A DNA stretch of 64,000 nt from an uncultured Acidobacteriota bacterium (lineage in GTDB: Bacteria > Acidobacteriota > Thermoanaerobaculia > Multivoradales > JAHEKO01). The stretch's first letter is position 1. Every line of letters starts with the position of its first letter. The notes under the pieces are model-generated. The model made no database searches and was not told where the DNA came from. It worked only from the letters and a program-made list of their open reading frames with translations. Positions 19,453 through 29,571 of the stretch are shown in pieces. Made by a program: the position numbers and the translations under genes. The stretch lies in NCBI GenBank assembly GCA_963713825.1, contig CAVQNG010000025.1, positions 288,001 to 352,000 of the forward strand, given 5' to 3'.

Positions 19453-21690
19453 ATGCGCAGCATGACGCGATTGGTTCTGGCCTGCTTGGCTCTGTTCCTG
19501 GTGGTTTTTACCCTGGCCGTGGGGAAGCCGGGTTTGCCAATGACCTTCAAGGCCGATGAGCCGGCCTACTACTTGATGGCCCAGAGTCTGGCTCACGATC
19601 GGGATCTGCAATGCGACGTGGGGGATCTGGGCCGCCTCTTCGACGAGTATCCCTATCTCGCCACCTTCAATCTCATCTTGATGACCGATGATGGGTGGCA
19701 AACAACCTTCTTCGGCAAGCCCTACATCTACTCCCTGATGGCTGCGCCCCTGGTCGGGGTCTTTGGCGCCAACGGCATGGTGGCGTTGAATATGCTGCTG
19801 TTGATGACCATGATCTGGATGGGGACTGCCTACTTGAGTCGATTCAACTCGGCGCCCCTGGCTGCGCTCTATTCTGTTGGTTTCTTTCTCGTCAGCACAG
19901 CCTTCGCGTATGTCTTCTGGCTGCATCCCGAGATCTTCAACATGGCAGGAGTCATGGGCTGTCTGTACTTCGCCTTGCATCCGGTCGACCCACCGGAATT
20001 CGTGCGCGGTCGCTTCCGGGCGATGCGGCAGATTGTGGCGAATCCAGGAGCTCGGGCCGCCGTGTCTGGCGGCGTCCTGGCCTTGGCGGCCTACAACAAG
20101 CCGATGCTGGCAGCTGTCGCACTCGGACCGTTGGTGTCCTGGGTTCTGGGACGCCAGTGGCGCCGCATCGTGATCTTCGCTGCCACCGGTCTGGCAATTG
20201 TGGCCCTCGTGAGCGGCCTCTCGGTAGCCCTGACCGGTCATCCCAGTGCCTATCTCGGTGTCGAGCGGATGGGCGTTCCCGTTTTCGATCCTTCGGAGAT
20301 GCCGGTACAACCCGTGCATCGCGCGCCGGCGGCAGAGGAGCAGACCACGAACTCCTGGTATTGGCTCCTGCGGATACCGGAGATCAACGGCTCGGAGCTG
20401 CGTCTCAATCTGGGTTACTTTCTCTGGGGGCGGCACACGGGGTTGCTGCCCTACCTGCCTTTCGCCGCTCTCAGTGTTCTGCTGTTTCTCCTGCATCGAG
20501 GCAAGACGATCGTGCGGTGGTCGATCTTGCTTTCCCTTGTGGCGGTTGCGGTCTTCTTTCTCGTCTGGATCCCGTTCAACTGGCATGGCGGTGGAGGTTT
20601 TGTCGGTAATCGGTACTTCGTCAACGTCTATCCGGCCTTTCTCTTTCTGGTGACCGCCATCGGGCCCACCTGGCTGTTGGGCGTGACCTATGCGGTCGGC
20701 GGGCTCCTCTTGGGCCCCATTCTCTTCACTCCATTGGGTGCCCCGGTGCCGGAGCCGACCTTGCAGGCGCATGTGCGAAATCCACCTCTTCGCCAGTTCC
20801 CGTTGGAGTTGACGTTTCGCCGCAAGTTGCCCGGCTATGAGGGAACGGTCGTCTCGGCACTTTGGATCCAGGGTCGGCGAGATGTGTTCAAGCCGAAAGA
20901 GGATGGTCTGTGGATTCATGGCGCCACCCCCGTCGAGCTTTGGGTCTACAGCTCAGAGAAGCTCGAAGGCGGCTTCACGTTATGGGTCAAGAGCTTGGCT
21001 CCCGAGAACGAGGTCAGCCTGAAGTTCGCAGGCGAGACCAGGTCGGTGGTCTTCACTGCCGATCCGCCGACGGAATCGACGCAGCGGGTTCGATTCGAGC
21101 CCCCGGGACCGGACAAAGTCCTGCACGACCAGCTCGAAGGGACGATCTATGCTTATCGTCTCCTCGTGGTGACGAAGACCGGATTTGTTCCCAATGCGGC
21201 GCGGAACGCCGAGACGAAGTTCCCTGTCAACGACTTCTACCTCGGGGCGGAGCTACAGATTCTGGGCACGGATCAGAATCTGGCACGAGATCTCTTCCAG
21301 GTCGAGTGGGGAGAGTCCATCGCTCCAGAAACCGCAGTCGCCGGCGAGGAGCTCGAGGTCTTGACTCGTCTGAAGAACTCCAGTGCTGAACGCTGGCCGT
21401 CATCGGGGCCGACCAGGGTGAATCTCTCATACCACTGGTTGACTCCAGATGGAGAGACGGTTCTGTGGGAAGGGCAGAGAACGCCGCTAGGCACTGACCT
21501 GGAAAGCGGTGGGGAGCTGGAACTGGTGCAAACCGTCTGGGCTCCGGAGGTTGCCGGTCGCTTCCTGCTGCAGTTGGATCTGGTGAGGGAGCGGGTGGCC
21601 TGGTTCTCCGACAAGAACGACGCCAATACCGTGCGTTTCCCCGTCGAGATCCTGGCACCCGCTGCTACTGAAGATATCCCAGAGCCTTGA
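19453..21690 (+). CDS. GT-C-like membrane protein, paralog 1, with C-terminal Ig-like (NBR1/'LSYHW'-type) domain
   Basis: 'ADEPAYYLMAQSL' after TM1, many TM segments, 'YFLWGRHTGLLPY', 'WHGGGGFVGNRY', C-terminal 'VNLSYHW...LDLVRERVAWFSDK'. Confidence 0.7.
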   Translation: MRSMTRLVLACLALFLVVFTLAVGKPGLPMTFKADEPAYYLMAQSLAHDRDLQCDVGDLGRLFDEYPYLATFNLILMTDDGWQTTFFGKPYIYSLMAAPLVGVFGANGMVALNMLLLMTMIWMGTAYLSRFNSAPLAALYSVGFFLVSTAFAYVFWLHPEIFNMAGVMGCLYFALHPVDPPEFVRGRFRAMRQIVANPGARAAVSGGVLALAAYNKPMLAAVALGPLVSWVLGRQWRRIVIFAATGLAIVALVSGLSVALTGHPSAYLGVERMGVPVFDPSEMPVQPVHRAPAAEEQTTNSWYWLLRIPEINGSELRLNLGYFLWGRHTGLLPYLPFAALSVLLFLLHRGKTIVRWSILLSLVAVAVFFLVWIPFNWHGGGGFVGNRYFVNVYPAFLFLVTAIGPTWLLGVTYAVGGLLLGPILFTPLGAPVPEPTLQAHVRNPPLRQFPLELTFRRKLPGYEGTVVSALWIQGRRDVFKPKEDGLWIHGATPVELWVYSSEKLEGGFTLWVKSLAPENEVSLKFAGETRSVVFTADPPTESTQRVRFEPPGPDKVLHDQLEGTIYAYRLLVVTKTGFVPNAARNAETKFPVNDFYLGAELQILGTDQNLARDLFQVEWGESIAPETAVAGEELEVLTRLKNSSAERWPSSGPTRVNLSYHWLTPDGETVLWEGQRTPLGTDLESGGELELVQTVWAPEVAGRFLLQLDLVRERVAWFSDKNDANTVRFPVEILAPAATEDIPEP

Positions 21691-23149
21691 GCTGACGACG
21701 GGTCTCGTCGTCCATTTCGCGCTCGGGCGACGTGTTGGAACCGTCGACGAGCGCCGAGAACGGTTCGGCTGACCAAATCTGGTCCAGTGAGCGCCGAAGT
21801 CGTTCAGCGGCTTCCGGAAACTGCTCCAATACATCGACGGTCTCACCCGGGTCGTTCTCGAGGTCGTAGAGGGTCATGAAGGTCCCCTTGCCGCCCACCC
21901 ATCGCTGCTCGTCGCCGGCAATGACGTGCATCAACTTGAAGCGCTTGTCCTGGACGATTTGCTGCCACTTCCTTTCGGTGGCGTAGCCGGCCTGGGAGAA
22001 GGCCGGCCGCGCACCGGCACTCGCGTTCTCGAGACGAGGGGTCAAGGATCGTCCCTGCATCCACCGGTCATCGTCCAACTCGACGCCCGCGAACTCGAGA
22101 ATCGAGGGCGACAAGTTGATGAGCTCCACCGGGTCCGAGTCCACATGAGGCTGGAGCACTCCGGGGTAGTGAAAGACCAGCGGCACCCGCAGACCGGGCT
22201 GGAAACCGAACCGGCCGTGGTCGAAGTAGTAGGAGTGCTCGCCCAGAGACTCGCCGTGGTCGGAGGTCAGGATCGTCAGGGTGCTCTCCAGCAAGCCCCG
22301 ATCGCTCATAAAGTCCAGAAGATCTCCGATCTGGGCGTCGGCGTAGGCGATCTCGGCGTCGTAGCGGGCGGTGTAGTAGGCGAGGTCGGTGCGGCCGTTC
22401 AATACCTGGTCGGTGCCGATGCCCGCCATCTGGCGGATCGGCACTTCCTTGATCTCGATCTGTTCCTCGGGATCGAAGTAGGCGTCATTCTCGAATCGAT
22501 CGGTCAGTGGCTCGGGTGCATGGTAGGGGAAATGGGGATCCAGATAGTGCACCCAAAAAAAGTAGGGTTGACTCGGATCGTGGTCGCCGATAACGGCCTT
22601 GGCTAGTCGAGTGACCGAACCGGCTCCGGTCGGGTCCTGACCCGCCTCGGGTGGCGACAGCTTCCAGGTTTCGATGTAGGTGTCGAAGCCCTGATCGAAA
22701 TTGAACTCGCTGGCCACAGCGCCGTTGGAAACCACTGCGTGGGTGGCGAAGCCCTCTTCCTTGAGCATCTCCGCCAACATCTTGAACTCCTGGGGCAGCC
22801 GCACTCCGACCCGCCTCACGATGCCGTTGTCTTTCGGATAGGTGGCGGTGAAGATGGAGGCGAAGGATGGAGCTGTCTTGGGCCATTGGACGATCGCTTG
22901 GTCGAATCGCACTCCCTCGGCGGCCAGGCCATCGATGATGGGCGAGGTATCGCGCTCGTAGCCGTAGCTCGACAAGTGGTCGGCACGCAGGGTATCGATG
23001 GTAATTAGCAGGATGTTGCTGCGAGTCGGCGCGGCCGGCTTCCCGCAGCTCGTTGACAGCAAACTACCGGCCAACAAGAGCGCAGTTAGAGCGCCGCTGA
23101 TCGGAGGGGTGAGCACCCGGTGGTCTCGGCAGTTCACTGCGGATTGCAT
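21665..23149 (-). CDS. Lipoprotein sulfatase-like hydrolase/transferase (Thr nucleophile)
   Basis: 'LSTSCGK' lipobox-like; 'NILLITIDTLRADHL', 'WPKTAPSFASIFT', 'DPHFPY', 'SDHGESL', 'LKALGY'. Start uncertain (ATG 23149 or GTG 23116). 3' end overlaps the convergent gene by 26 bp. Confidence 0.85.
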   Translation of the reverse strand: MQSAVNCRDHRVLTPPISGALTALLLAGSLLSTSCGKPAAPTRSNILLITIDTLRADHLSSYGYERDTSPIIDGLAAEGVRFDQAIVQWPKTAPSFASIFTATYPKDNGIVRRVGVRLPQEFKMLAEMLKEEGFATHAVVSNGAVASEFNFDQGFDTYIETWKLSPPEAGQDPTGAGSVTRLAKAVIGDHDPSQPYFFWVHYLDPHFPYHAPEPLTDRFENDAYFDPEEQIEIKEVPIRQMAGIGTDQVLNGRTDLAYYTARYDAEIAYADAQIGDLLDFMSDRGLLESTLTILTSDHGESLGEHSYYFDHGRFGFQPGLRVPLVFHYPGVLQPHVDSDPVELINLSPSILEFAGVELDDDRWMQGRSLTPRLENASAGARPAFSQAGYATERKWQQIVQDKRFKLMHVIAGDEQRWVGGKGTFMTLYDLENDPGETVDVLEQFPEAAERLRRSLDQIWSAEPFSALVDGSNTSPEREMDDETRRQLKALGYLQ

Positions 23150-23236
23150 CTGTAAGAGTCTCAGTTGGGTAGCTCGATTCCGGGAGGGCAAGAAGGTCGA
23201 GCCCTCATCGCGGTGGAGGAGCGATTCCGGCCGCGA

Positions 23237-23292
23237 ATTATATCCAGTTTAGCGGCTCCTGGCAGAGTGTGCCGGTAGTGCTTTGCTAGAAT
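23237..23292. promoter_or_regulatory. Candidate divergent sigma70 -10 elements
   Basis: TATAAT on the minus strand at 23237-23242; extended -10 TGcTAGAAT on the plus strand at 23284-23292; both lie between divergent genes. Confidence 0.4.
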
Positions 23293-23368
23293 CTCCGCGA
23301 CAATCTCGGGAGACCTTTCGGTCCAACTTCCTTCCCGTGCGGTCCTGTCCGGAACGGCGCCAAAGCCA

Positions 23369-25162
23369 GTGACTAACCCCATTCAAGGCAGTGAGGCGGC
23401 GGACCCCGCTGCCGTCGGAAGGCAAGAGGCCTACCTGGCACTCCCTTTGATCCTCCTGTCCGGGTTGATCCTCCTCGGAGCGCTGACGTTCGACCGTCTC
23501 GAGTGGCCCTCCTTCGTCGGCGATGAGGCCACCTATCTCATGGCAGGTGAAAGCCTGGCTTGGGACTTCGACCTGAGATTCGAGGCAGAGGATTACAAGC
23601 GCTTCCTGGACCATTGGGGACAACAGCCCGAAGGCCTCATCTTGCTGAGTGGGGACAAGGGTCGACACATCTCCTACGGCAAGCCGTTCTTCTACCCTCT
23701 GGTCATCGCTCCTTTTCAGAGGCTGGCTCCTGTCCGCGGACCATTCGTGGCCAATGCGCTGCTCCTGGTTCTGGCCGGTGTGGTTGCGGCGCGCAGTCTC
23801 AGAGGTCGGCTCGGAAGGGTGTCTTGGCTCTGGGTGGCGGTGTTCTTGTTCGCTTCGGTTGGCTTCGCCTACATCTATTGGGCGCATGCCGATCTATTTC
23901 TGATGGCACTCTCGGCGCTGGCGTTGAGTCTGGCTTTCCACTCTCGGCAGTCGTCCGAAGAGGCAGGGTCGGTGCTGCGGTGGGTGACGGTTGGTGTTCT
24001 GATGGCGATCGTAGTCTTCAGCCGACCGCTCTACCTACCTCTCCTGATACCGATTGCGATGGCGGTGCCACAGCGGCAGCGCCGCCGCGGGCTCATTGGT
24101 CTGCTGGTGGGCGTGGCTTCGGTGTTGCTTTTGGCGGTCACCATCCACTGGATCAGCGGACGCAGCACGACGAGCTATGGGGCCCAGCGTCGGGGCTTCT
24201 ACTCGCACACCGGCTACCCCGGTGTCGACTTCGCCTCTGAGCAGTGGGTCGAGAAGCTCGAGGAGCTCGGCGACGCGGCCTGGGTCGAGGGACGGACCGG
24301 TGCCCGGCTGCCGAAGACCGAGCCGTCACTCTGGGCTTGGAACAGTCTTTACTTCCTGGTCGGTCGCCACGTCGGTGTCCTGCCGTACTTCCTGCCGCTT
24401 CTTCTGGGAATCCTGGGACGCCCCAGAGAGCGAGCGCAGTGGGCACTGCTGGGGGCGGTCCTGATTTGCATCGCAGCCTTCTTCCTCTATCGGCCGTTCA
24501 ACTTCTACGGCGGTGGCGGAGCGATAGCCAATCGGTATTTTCTGCCGCTGTATCCGGCCTTCTGGTTCATGGGGAGCAAGCCGGCGAGAGTCGGTCCTGC
24601 CCTGGCGGTGACGGTGCTGGCAGCCTTGTTTCTGTGGCCCCTGTGGAGCCAGCCGAGGGCTTTTCCTTTGCGGAATGACAGCACGTATCGCTATGTGTCG
24701 ACCGCCGCCAGGGGACTTCCCTTCGAGACGACGCAGAGTCATCTCAAACCGTCCGGTCGATCGGATGTCATTCACAACCAGCTGTGGGTGAAGTCGCTTT
24801 CTCCGTCTCTGCGCCCGAGTCGAGATGGGGGTGTCCTGCGGCTACGCGCCGACAGCCGCGGACAGGTTCTGATCGGCAGCCCGACACCGCTGAGTCGGTT
24901 GCAGCTCGAAACCTGGGGGCCCGGGGCGGAGAAGCTCGACGTCACCCGTGGAGCGACGGTAGCCGATGCGGAGATGGTTGGTGGGGTTCGAGTCCTGAAC
25001 CTCGATCTGGGTCGGCGCCGGGCCAGGCACCCCATGTGGTGGACTTGGCATCCCTACTACCTCTATCAGTTGAGCCTGAGGGTGGAAGAGCACGGCGAAG
25101 GAGCCGTTTCCTTTTCGCTGATTCCGCTGGGGGCGGAGAGGTCTGGACAAGATGACCTCTGA
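23369..25162 (+). CDS. GT-C-like membrane protein, paralog 2 (no C-terminal Ig-like domain)
   Basis: 'GDEATYLMAGESL', 'YGKPFFY', 'YFLVGRHVGVLPY', 'FYGGGGAIANRY'. Confidence 0.7.
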   Translation: MTNPIQGSEAADPAAVGRQEAYLALPLILLSGLILLGALTFDRLEWPSFVGDEATYLMAGESLAWDFDLRFEAEDYKRFLDHWGQQPEGLILLSGDKGRHISYGKPFFYPLVIAPFQRLAPVRGPFVANALLLVLAGVVAARSLRGRLGRVSWLWVAVFLFASVGFAYIYWAHADLFLMALSALALSLAFHSRQSSEEAGSVLRWVTVGVLMAIVVFSRPLYLPLLIPIAMAVPQRQRRRGLIGLLVGVASVLLLAVTIHWISGRSTTSYGAQRRGFYSHTGYPGVDFASEQWVEKLEELGDAAWVEGRTGARLPKTEPSLWAWNSLYFLVGRHVGVLPYFLPLLLGILGRPRERAQWALLGAVLICIAAFFLYRPFNFYGGGGAIANRYFLPLYPAFWFMGSKPARVGPALAVTVLAALFLWPLWSQPRAFPLRNDSTYRYVSTAARGLPFETTQSHLKPSGRSDVIHNQLWVKSLSPSLRPSRDGGVLRLRADSRGQVLIGSPTPLSRLQLETWGPGAEKLDVTRGATVADAEMVGGVRVLNLDLGRRRARHPMWWTWHPYYLYQLSLRVEEHGEGAVSFSLIPLGAERSGQDDL

Positions 25163-27269
25163 TTCGACTACGATCGTAGGCCGCCTGGCCCAGGGGTTGG
25201 GTCGCGTCGCGCTGGCGGGAGGCTTTGCCCTCGGGGCTGTCTGGTTGTGGGATGTGTCGGGTGGCGCTCCGCCTCCAGTGCTGGCGCGAGGGGTTGTGGT
25301 CGTGGCCTCGCTTCTGGTCGCCGCTTACCTGGTGGTCCTGAGCGCCAGCCTCTGGCAGCGGGAGAAGGATCAACCGATTCTGACGCCAGGTCGCCTTCTG
25401 CTCCTCCTGGTGCTCGTGTCGCTGGTCGTGCGCCTGGTCGGGATCGACTTCGAGATCTCAGGTCGCTACTACCGGGACGAGGGGATCTACTACGAGGCCG
25501 CCCAGCGCATCAACGAAGGCAATCTGCTGCCCGAGTCCTTCATCTACGGTCATCTGCCCTATTACCTGCAAGCCATTCTTCTCTGGATCCAGTCACTCTT
25601 CCCGCAGGCGATCAGCCGCTTTCTTGCCCTGTTCTATGAAGTCGGCACGGAGATCGATGTCAGCTGGCTCCTACTGAGGGGATTGAGTGCAGTATTCGGG
25701 GCCCTCACGACCATCCCCGTGTTTGTCATAGCCGACAGGATCGCGGGCCGATTGGCGGCCAGTCTCGGGGCTCTGTTGATCATCTTGTCGCCGATCTACA
25801 ACGAGATCACCCATCTCATCATCAGCGACGTGCCGTCGGCTTTCTTCGCGACGATGACCGTGATGTTCGTGGCTCGTCTGCTGGATGGAGAGAATCTCTG
25901 CGACTATTTGTGGGCCGGGGCCTGCGCCGGACTAGCGGCGGCCAGCAAGTATCCGGCGGGTGTGGTGGCTGTCTCGATCGTGGCCATCTGGATCTACTGG
26001 CGCGTACGGACGAGGCGATTCTCGTGGTACCTGGTCTGGTCCGGCCTCATCTCTGTGATGGTGCTGATGGCTGCCATGCCGGCATTCTGGGCTCACGCAG
26101 GGGCAGCGTTCGCGGGACAGGGTAAGGACCTGCTTTTCGGCGTCCGCCAATACGCCAAGGGAGGCTGGATCGGAGTCAAGCCACAGAGCAACGCGCTCTG
26201 GTATGGAGGCAATCTCGTGCAGAGCTTCGGCTGGCCGGCCCTGGGTCTGGGCTTGCTGGGGGTCTTCAGCCTGACTCGAAAGAGCCGGCGACGGTGGCTT
26301 GTGATGGCTGTCTATCCGCTGGTCTTCCTGATCATGATGAGCAGCATGAGCATGGTGGTGAAGCGGAATCTGCTGCCGGCACTGCCGGCTATCGCCGCTT
26401 TGCTCGGCGCTGGTATTGCCGGGTGGCAGAGGCGTCTGCCTGGGCGAAGAAACGGGCTTTCGAGGTGGTGGCCCATGCTGGCTCTGAGCCTGTTATGCCT
26501 GGCGGTTCCTCTCTACCGAACGGTGCTTCAGGAGGTGAGCCTGGTGAGACCGAGCACTCGGGAGCTCGCCGCCTGGTGGATCAACAGTAGTCTGCCGCGA
26601 GGCGCCGGCATCATTCAGGAGTCCTACACCCCTCATATCCACTACAAGCGATTCCAACGGGCCAATAGTCGATTCGCTGCGCGCTTCACTCTCGAGCAGA
26701 TCAGGGAGCCGCAGTGGGACTTCGTGTTACTGGCAGACAGTGCCTACCGCCGATTCCTGAATCCTGAGAATTGGACCAAACCCCATCACGAGGACTATGC
26801 CGCGAGGTATGGAGAGATTTTAAAGTTCGACCTGGTGCAGGAGTGGCTACCCACTCCCACACGGCTGGGTCCGAGAATTGGTCTCTATGCCATCGACTCC
26901 GATCCTCAAATCTTTCTTTCGGAGCACCGGTTCGAGCTCGGAGACGAGCCCTTTCGGTATCCCCGCAGCGACGCCTACCTGCTCCTCAAGCAATACTTCG
27001 ATGCAGGCAGCTTTCGAATTTCACTCGCAACTGAGCCATCGGAGGTCACCGGGCACCTCAAGGTAGTGACTCGCGACGGTCGAGCAGCTGGAGAGTTCGA
27101 CATTCGCCTCGGAGTCGGAGCCATGGATCTTCCTTGGCCGGCGAAGTACTTCTTGTATCTGTACCTTCCCGAAGGCACCGAGATTTCAGCGGTCGAGGTT
27201 CACTCCGCCGAGGCAGAGGCCGAGCCGATATCAGCCAGCCCGGACAATGTTGGGCAGCCGGACTCCTGA
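25152..27269 (+). CDS. ArnT/PMT-family (GT83/GT39-like) membrane glycosyltransferase
   Basis: 'YRDEGIY' loop, 'FIYGHLPYY', 'SDVP', 'GLAAASKYP', 'RNLLP', periplasmic C-terminal domain. Confidence 0.8.
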   Translation: MTSDSTTIVGRLAQGLGRVALAGGFALGAVWLWDVSGGAPPPVLARGVVVVASLLVAAYLVVLSASLWQREKDQPILTPGRLLLLLVLVSLVVRLVGIDFEISGRYYRDEGIYYEAAQRINEGNLLPESFIYGHLPYYLQAILLWIQSLFPQAISRFLALFYEVGTEIDVSWLLLRGLSAVFGALTTIPVFVIADRIAGRLAASLGALLIILSPIYNEITHLIISDVPSAFFATMTVMFVARLLDGENLCDYLWAGACAGLAAASKYPAGVVAVSIVAIWIYWRVRTRRFSWYLVWSGLISVMVLMAAMPAFWAHAGAAFAGQGKDLLFGVRQYAKGGWIGVKPQSNALWYGGNLVQSFGWPALGLGLLGVFSLTRKSRRRWLVMAVYPLVFLIMMSSMSMVVKRNLLPALPAIAALLGAGIAGWQRRLPGRRNGLSRWWPMLALSLLCLAVPLYRTVLQEVSLVRPSTRELAAWWINSSLPRGAGIIQESYTPHIHYKRFQRANSRFAARFTLEQIREPQWDFVLLADSAYRRFLNPENWTKPHHEDYAARYGEILKFDLVQEWLPTPTRLGPRIGLYAIDSDPQIFLSEHRFELGDEPFRYPRSDAYLLLKQYFDAGSFRISLATEPSEVTGHLKVVTRDGRAAGEFDIRLGVGAMDLPWPAKYFLYLYLPEGTEISAVEVHSAEAEAEPISASPDNVGQPDS

Positions 27270-27279
27270 GGAGCCGTTC

Positions 27280-29463
27280 TTATTCGGGCAATGCGACTTC
27301 GACCTGCCAGTGCACAGAGCTGGCGGGATTCTTGTCGGAGAACCAAGCGACCTGCTCCCGGACCAGGTCGAGGGTGAGCGTATAGTCGCCAGGAGTTTTG
27401 GGAGCGAGTAGCTGTTGGATGACGGAGACAGAGTCGCCCGGGCGGACCTCGGAGGGAAGAGGGCTTCTCGGGCCGTCTCGAACTGTGGTCCGACCCGTGG
27501 AGTCTGTCCAGTGATAGCTCATCTCCACGCGAGTGGCTCCTCGGACCGGCCAGGTCTCCCGGCTCGTGTTCTTCAACTCGACGGCCACCTGGAATGAAGC
27601 GCCAGCTTCGACGCGATCAACCTTCCCGGAAGGGGTCCATTCGGCATGGTACAGGTCGCGATCCCGTTCAACGCTCGACCCCAGATAGAGCAGCGCTGCG
27701 CCTAGATAGAAGCTGTCGTCGCTGGTGCCTCGCCAGGTCGGCTTCTCGCCGCTCGTTGTTTTGACGGTCAGGCGATAGGCGTAGGTCTCACCATCGTTTC
27801 CCGTACGGGTCTTCCAAGCCTTCTGCGGCTGTAGCGCGACATCTTGTCTTCCTGAAGTGCCGACGTCGTCGAACACGGCGGCGCCACACGCGTCTTCCAA
27901 GCAGATCTCGACCTCGTTGCTGGGGGCTCCGGATCGCACCAGGAAGACTGCGTCCTCCAGAGGGCGATCGGTGATCATCCACGCTTCGACCATCTCGGCG
28001 CCGTGGAACCAGAGCTCGTCTTTCTTCGGTTGGAAGACATCGGAACGACCGCGGAACCAGACTCCCGAGTGATAGTCGCCGAGATAACCGGGTATTCGGC
28101 GAGCCAGGGTGAGCTCGAAGGGAAAATGGCGGAACGGCCGATTGCGGACGTGCGCCTGGAGGGTCGGCTGATCGACCGGTGCCCCAAACGGGGTCGACAG
28201 TATCGCCCCCAAGAAGAGTCCTCCGAGGGCGAAGCCCGCTGCCATCAACCAGGTGGGTCGGATGCGAGTGACGAGAAAGAGGAAAGCCGGATACGCGATG
28301 ACCAGATACCGGTTGCCGACGAAACCCCCTCCCCCGTGCCAACGGTCAGGGAGAAGTACAAAGAAGGCCAGCGATGAGGCGGCGAGTGCCGCCAAGATCA
28401 GCCAGCGCCCTCTCGAGCGCCAATCATGGATGAGGAAGAGGGCCAGGCAGACGGAGGCAAAGGGAAAGTAGAGCAGCAGTCCGACGTGCCGGCCCCACAA
28501 GAAGTAGCCGACGTTGTCAGCCAGCAGCGAAAGGTCGACTTCTCGAGGGTCGAGCATTCTCACGAAGTGCCCCGCCCTGGAGGATGGAGTCACGACGTCG
28601 GTGGCGACGCGGGTACTGACTTTCTCCGGGGCCTTTCGTTCCATGAACGCTACTGGACTGCTGACATTGATCGGCCGGCGAGATCGACTGAGGTACGGCC
28701 AGGGCACGTCGGTCAGAGCCAAAGCGAGGCCTGCTAGTAGAGCCAAGGTCGAAGCGGCGCTGAGGCACCAAGCCATCGCCCCCTTCCATCCACGCCCGCG
28801 CAGTGAGAGGTAGAGGATGGGAAGCGCCAGCGCTGCGAGCGTTGGCTTGGAGTAGATCGCCAGCGATAGGCTGACCGCGGAGCCGGCGATCGCGAGCCAG
28901 CTCATTTGTGCGGTCGCAGAGCGCTTCGTTCCGATCACCAGCAGGAAAGCGACCGTGACGCAAGTCATGTGGAAGATCTCTGCCTGCAGCCAGAAGATGT
29001 AGACGAAGCTGCAGCTGACGAGAAAGAAGCCGGCGGTAAACAGGAAGGCGATCGACTCGCGATTGAATCGCCGCAGGTAGATGGTTCCCATGGCGATCAT
29101 GAGCATCGTCAGGGCCGCATTGAGCGCGATGAGGCCATTCGCACCGAATAGCCCTGCGGCCGGGGCTGCGAAGAGGGGATAGACGAAGGGGGCGGAGAAG
29201 TGAACGGTCTTCCAACGATCTTCGCTCATCAGAAACAGGTTGTCGGAGCGATGAGTGAACTCGTGGAAGAGTCTCTCGATGTCCTGTGAATCACAGAGCA
29301 GATCGCCATCTCGCCAGAGGCTGACGGCCATCAGGTAGTTGGCAGGCTCGTCGGCTTTGAGCAGCATGGGCAGCCCAGGCTTGGCGAGAGTCAACGGAAA
29401 CAGGACGAAGAAAAGTGTGAGACAGACCCAGGCGAGGGTCAGGGGCTTGCGAAGGGCGGACAT
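27280..29463 (-). CDS. GT-C-like membrane protein, paralog 3, with C-terminal Ig-like domain
   Basis: 'KPGLPMLLKADEPANYLMAVSL', 'YFLWGRHVGLLLY', 'WHGGGGFVGNRY', 'PTLQAHVRN', 'MSYHW...LDLVREQVAWFSDK'; colinear with the 19453 gene. Confidence 0.72.
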   Translation of the reverse strand: MSALRKPLTLAWVCLTLFFVLFPLTLAKPGLPMLLKADEPANYLMAVSLWRDGDLLCDSQDIERLFHEFTHRSDNLFLMSEDRWKTVHFSAPFVYPLFAAPAAGLFGANGLIALNAALTMLMIAMGTIYLRRFNRESIAFLFTAGFFLVSCSFVYIFWLQAEIFHMTCVTVAFLLVIGTKRSATAQMSWLAIAGSAVSLSLAIYSKPTLAALALPILYLSLRGRGWKGAMAWCLSAASTLALLAGLALALTDVPWPYLSRSRRPINVSSPVAFMERKAPEKVSTRVATDVVTPSSRAGHFVRMLDPREVDLSLLADNVGYFLWGRHVGLLLYFPFASVCLALFLIHDWRSRGRWLILAALAASSLAFFVLLPDRWHGGGGFVGNRYLVIAYPAFLFLVTRIRPTWLMAAGFALGGLFLGAILSTPFGAPVDQPTLQAHVRNRPFRHFPFELTLARRIPGYLGDYHSGVWFRGRSDVFQPKKDELWFHGAEMVEAWMITDRPLEDAVFLVRSGAPSNEVEICLEDACGAAVFDDVGTSGRQDVALQPQKAWKTRTGNDGETYAYRLTVKTTSGEKPTWRGTSDDSFYLGAALLYLGSSVERDRDLYHAEWTPSGKVDRVEAGASFQVAVELKNTSRETWPVRGATRVEMSYHWTDSTGRTTVRDGPRSPLPSEVRPGDSVSVIQQLLAPKTPGDYTLTLDLVREQVAWFSDKNPASSVHWQVEVALPE

Positions 29464-29512
29464 CTCGAACGGACTCCAGAGCCTCAGAGGAGCATTCTAT
29501 CCAGCTGCGGGC

Positions 29513-29544
29513 AAAAGAAACGCCCGCGCGGGATGGCGCGGGCG
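29513..29544 (-). terminator. Rho-independent terminator after the M13 peptidase
   Basis: Perfect 9-bp stem cgcccgcgc/gcgcgggcg (29521-29544) followed by TTTCTTTT on the minus strand. Confidence 0.75.
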
Positions 29545-29571
29545 GAAGAAAGAACTCGAAGGGATGGTCGT

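Noticed and set aside
19432-20919. 495-aa minus-strand ORF
   Set aside because: Antisense shadow of the GT-C-like gene; no motifs; expected in high-GC coding DNA.
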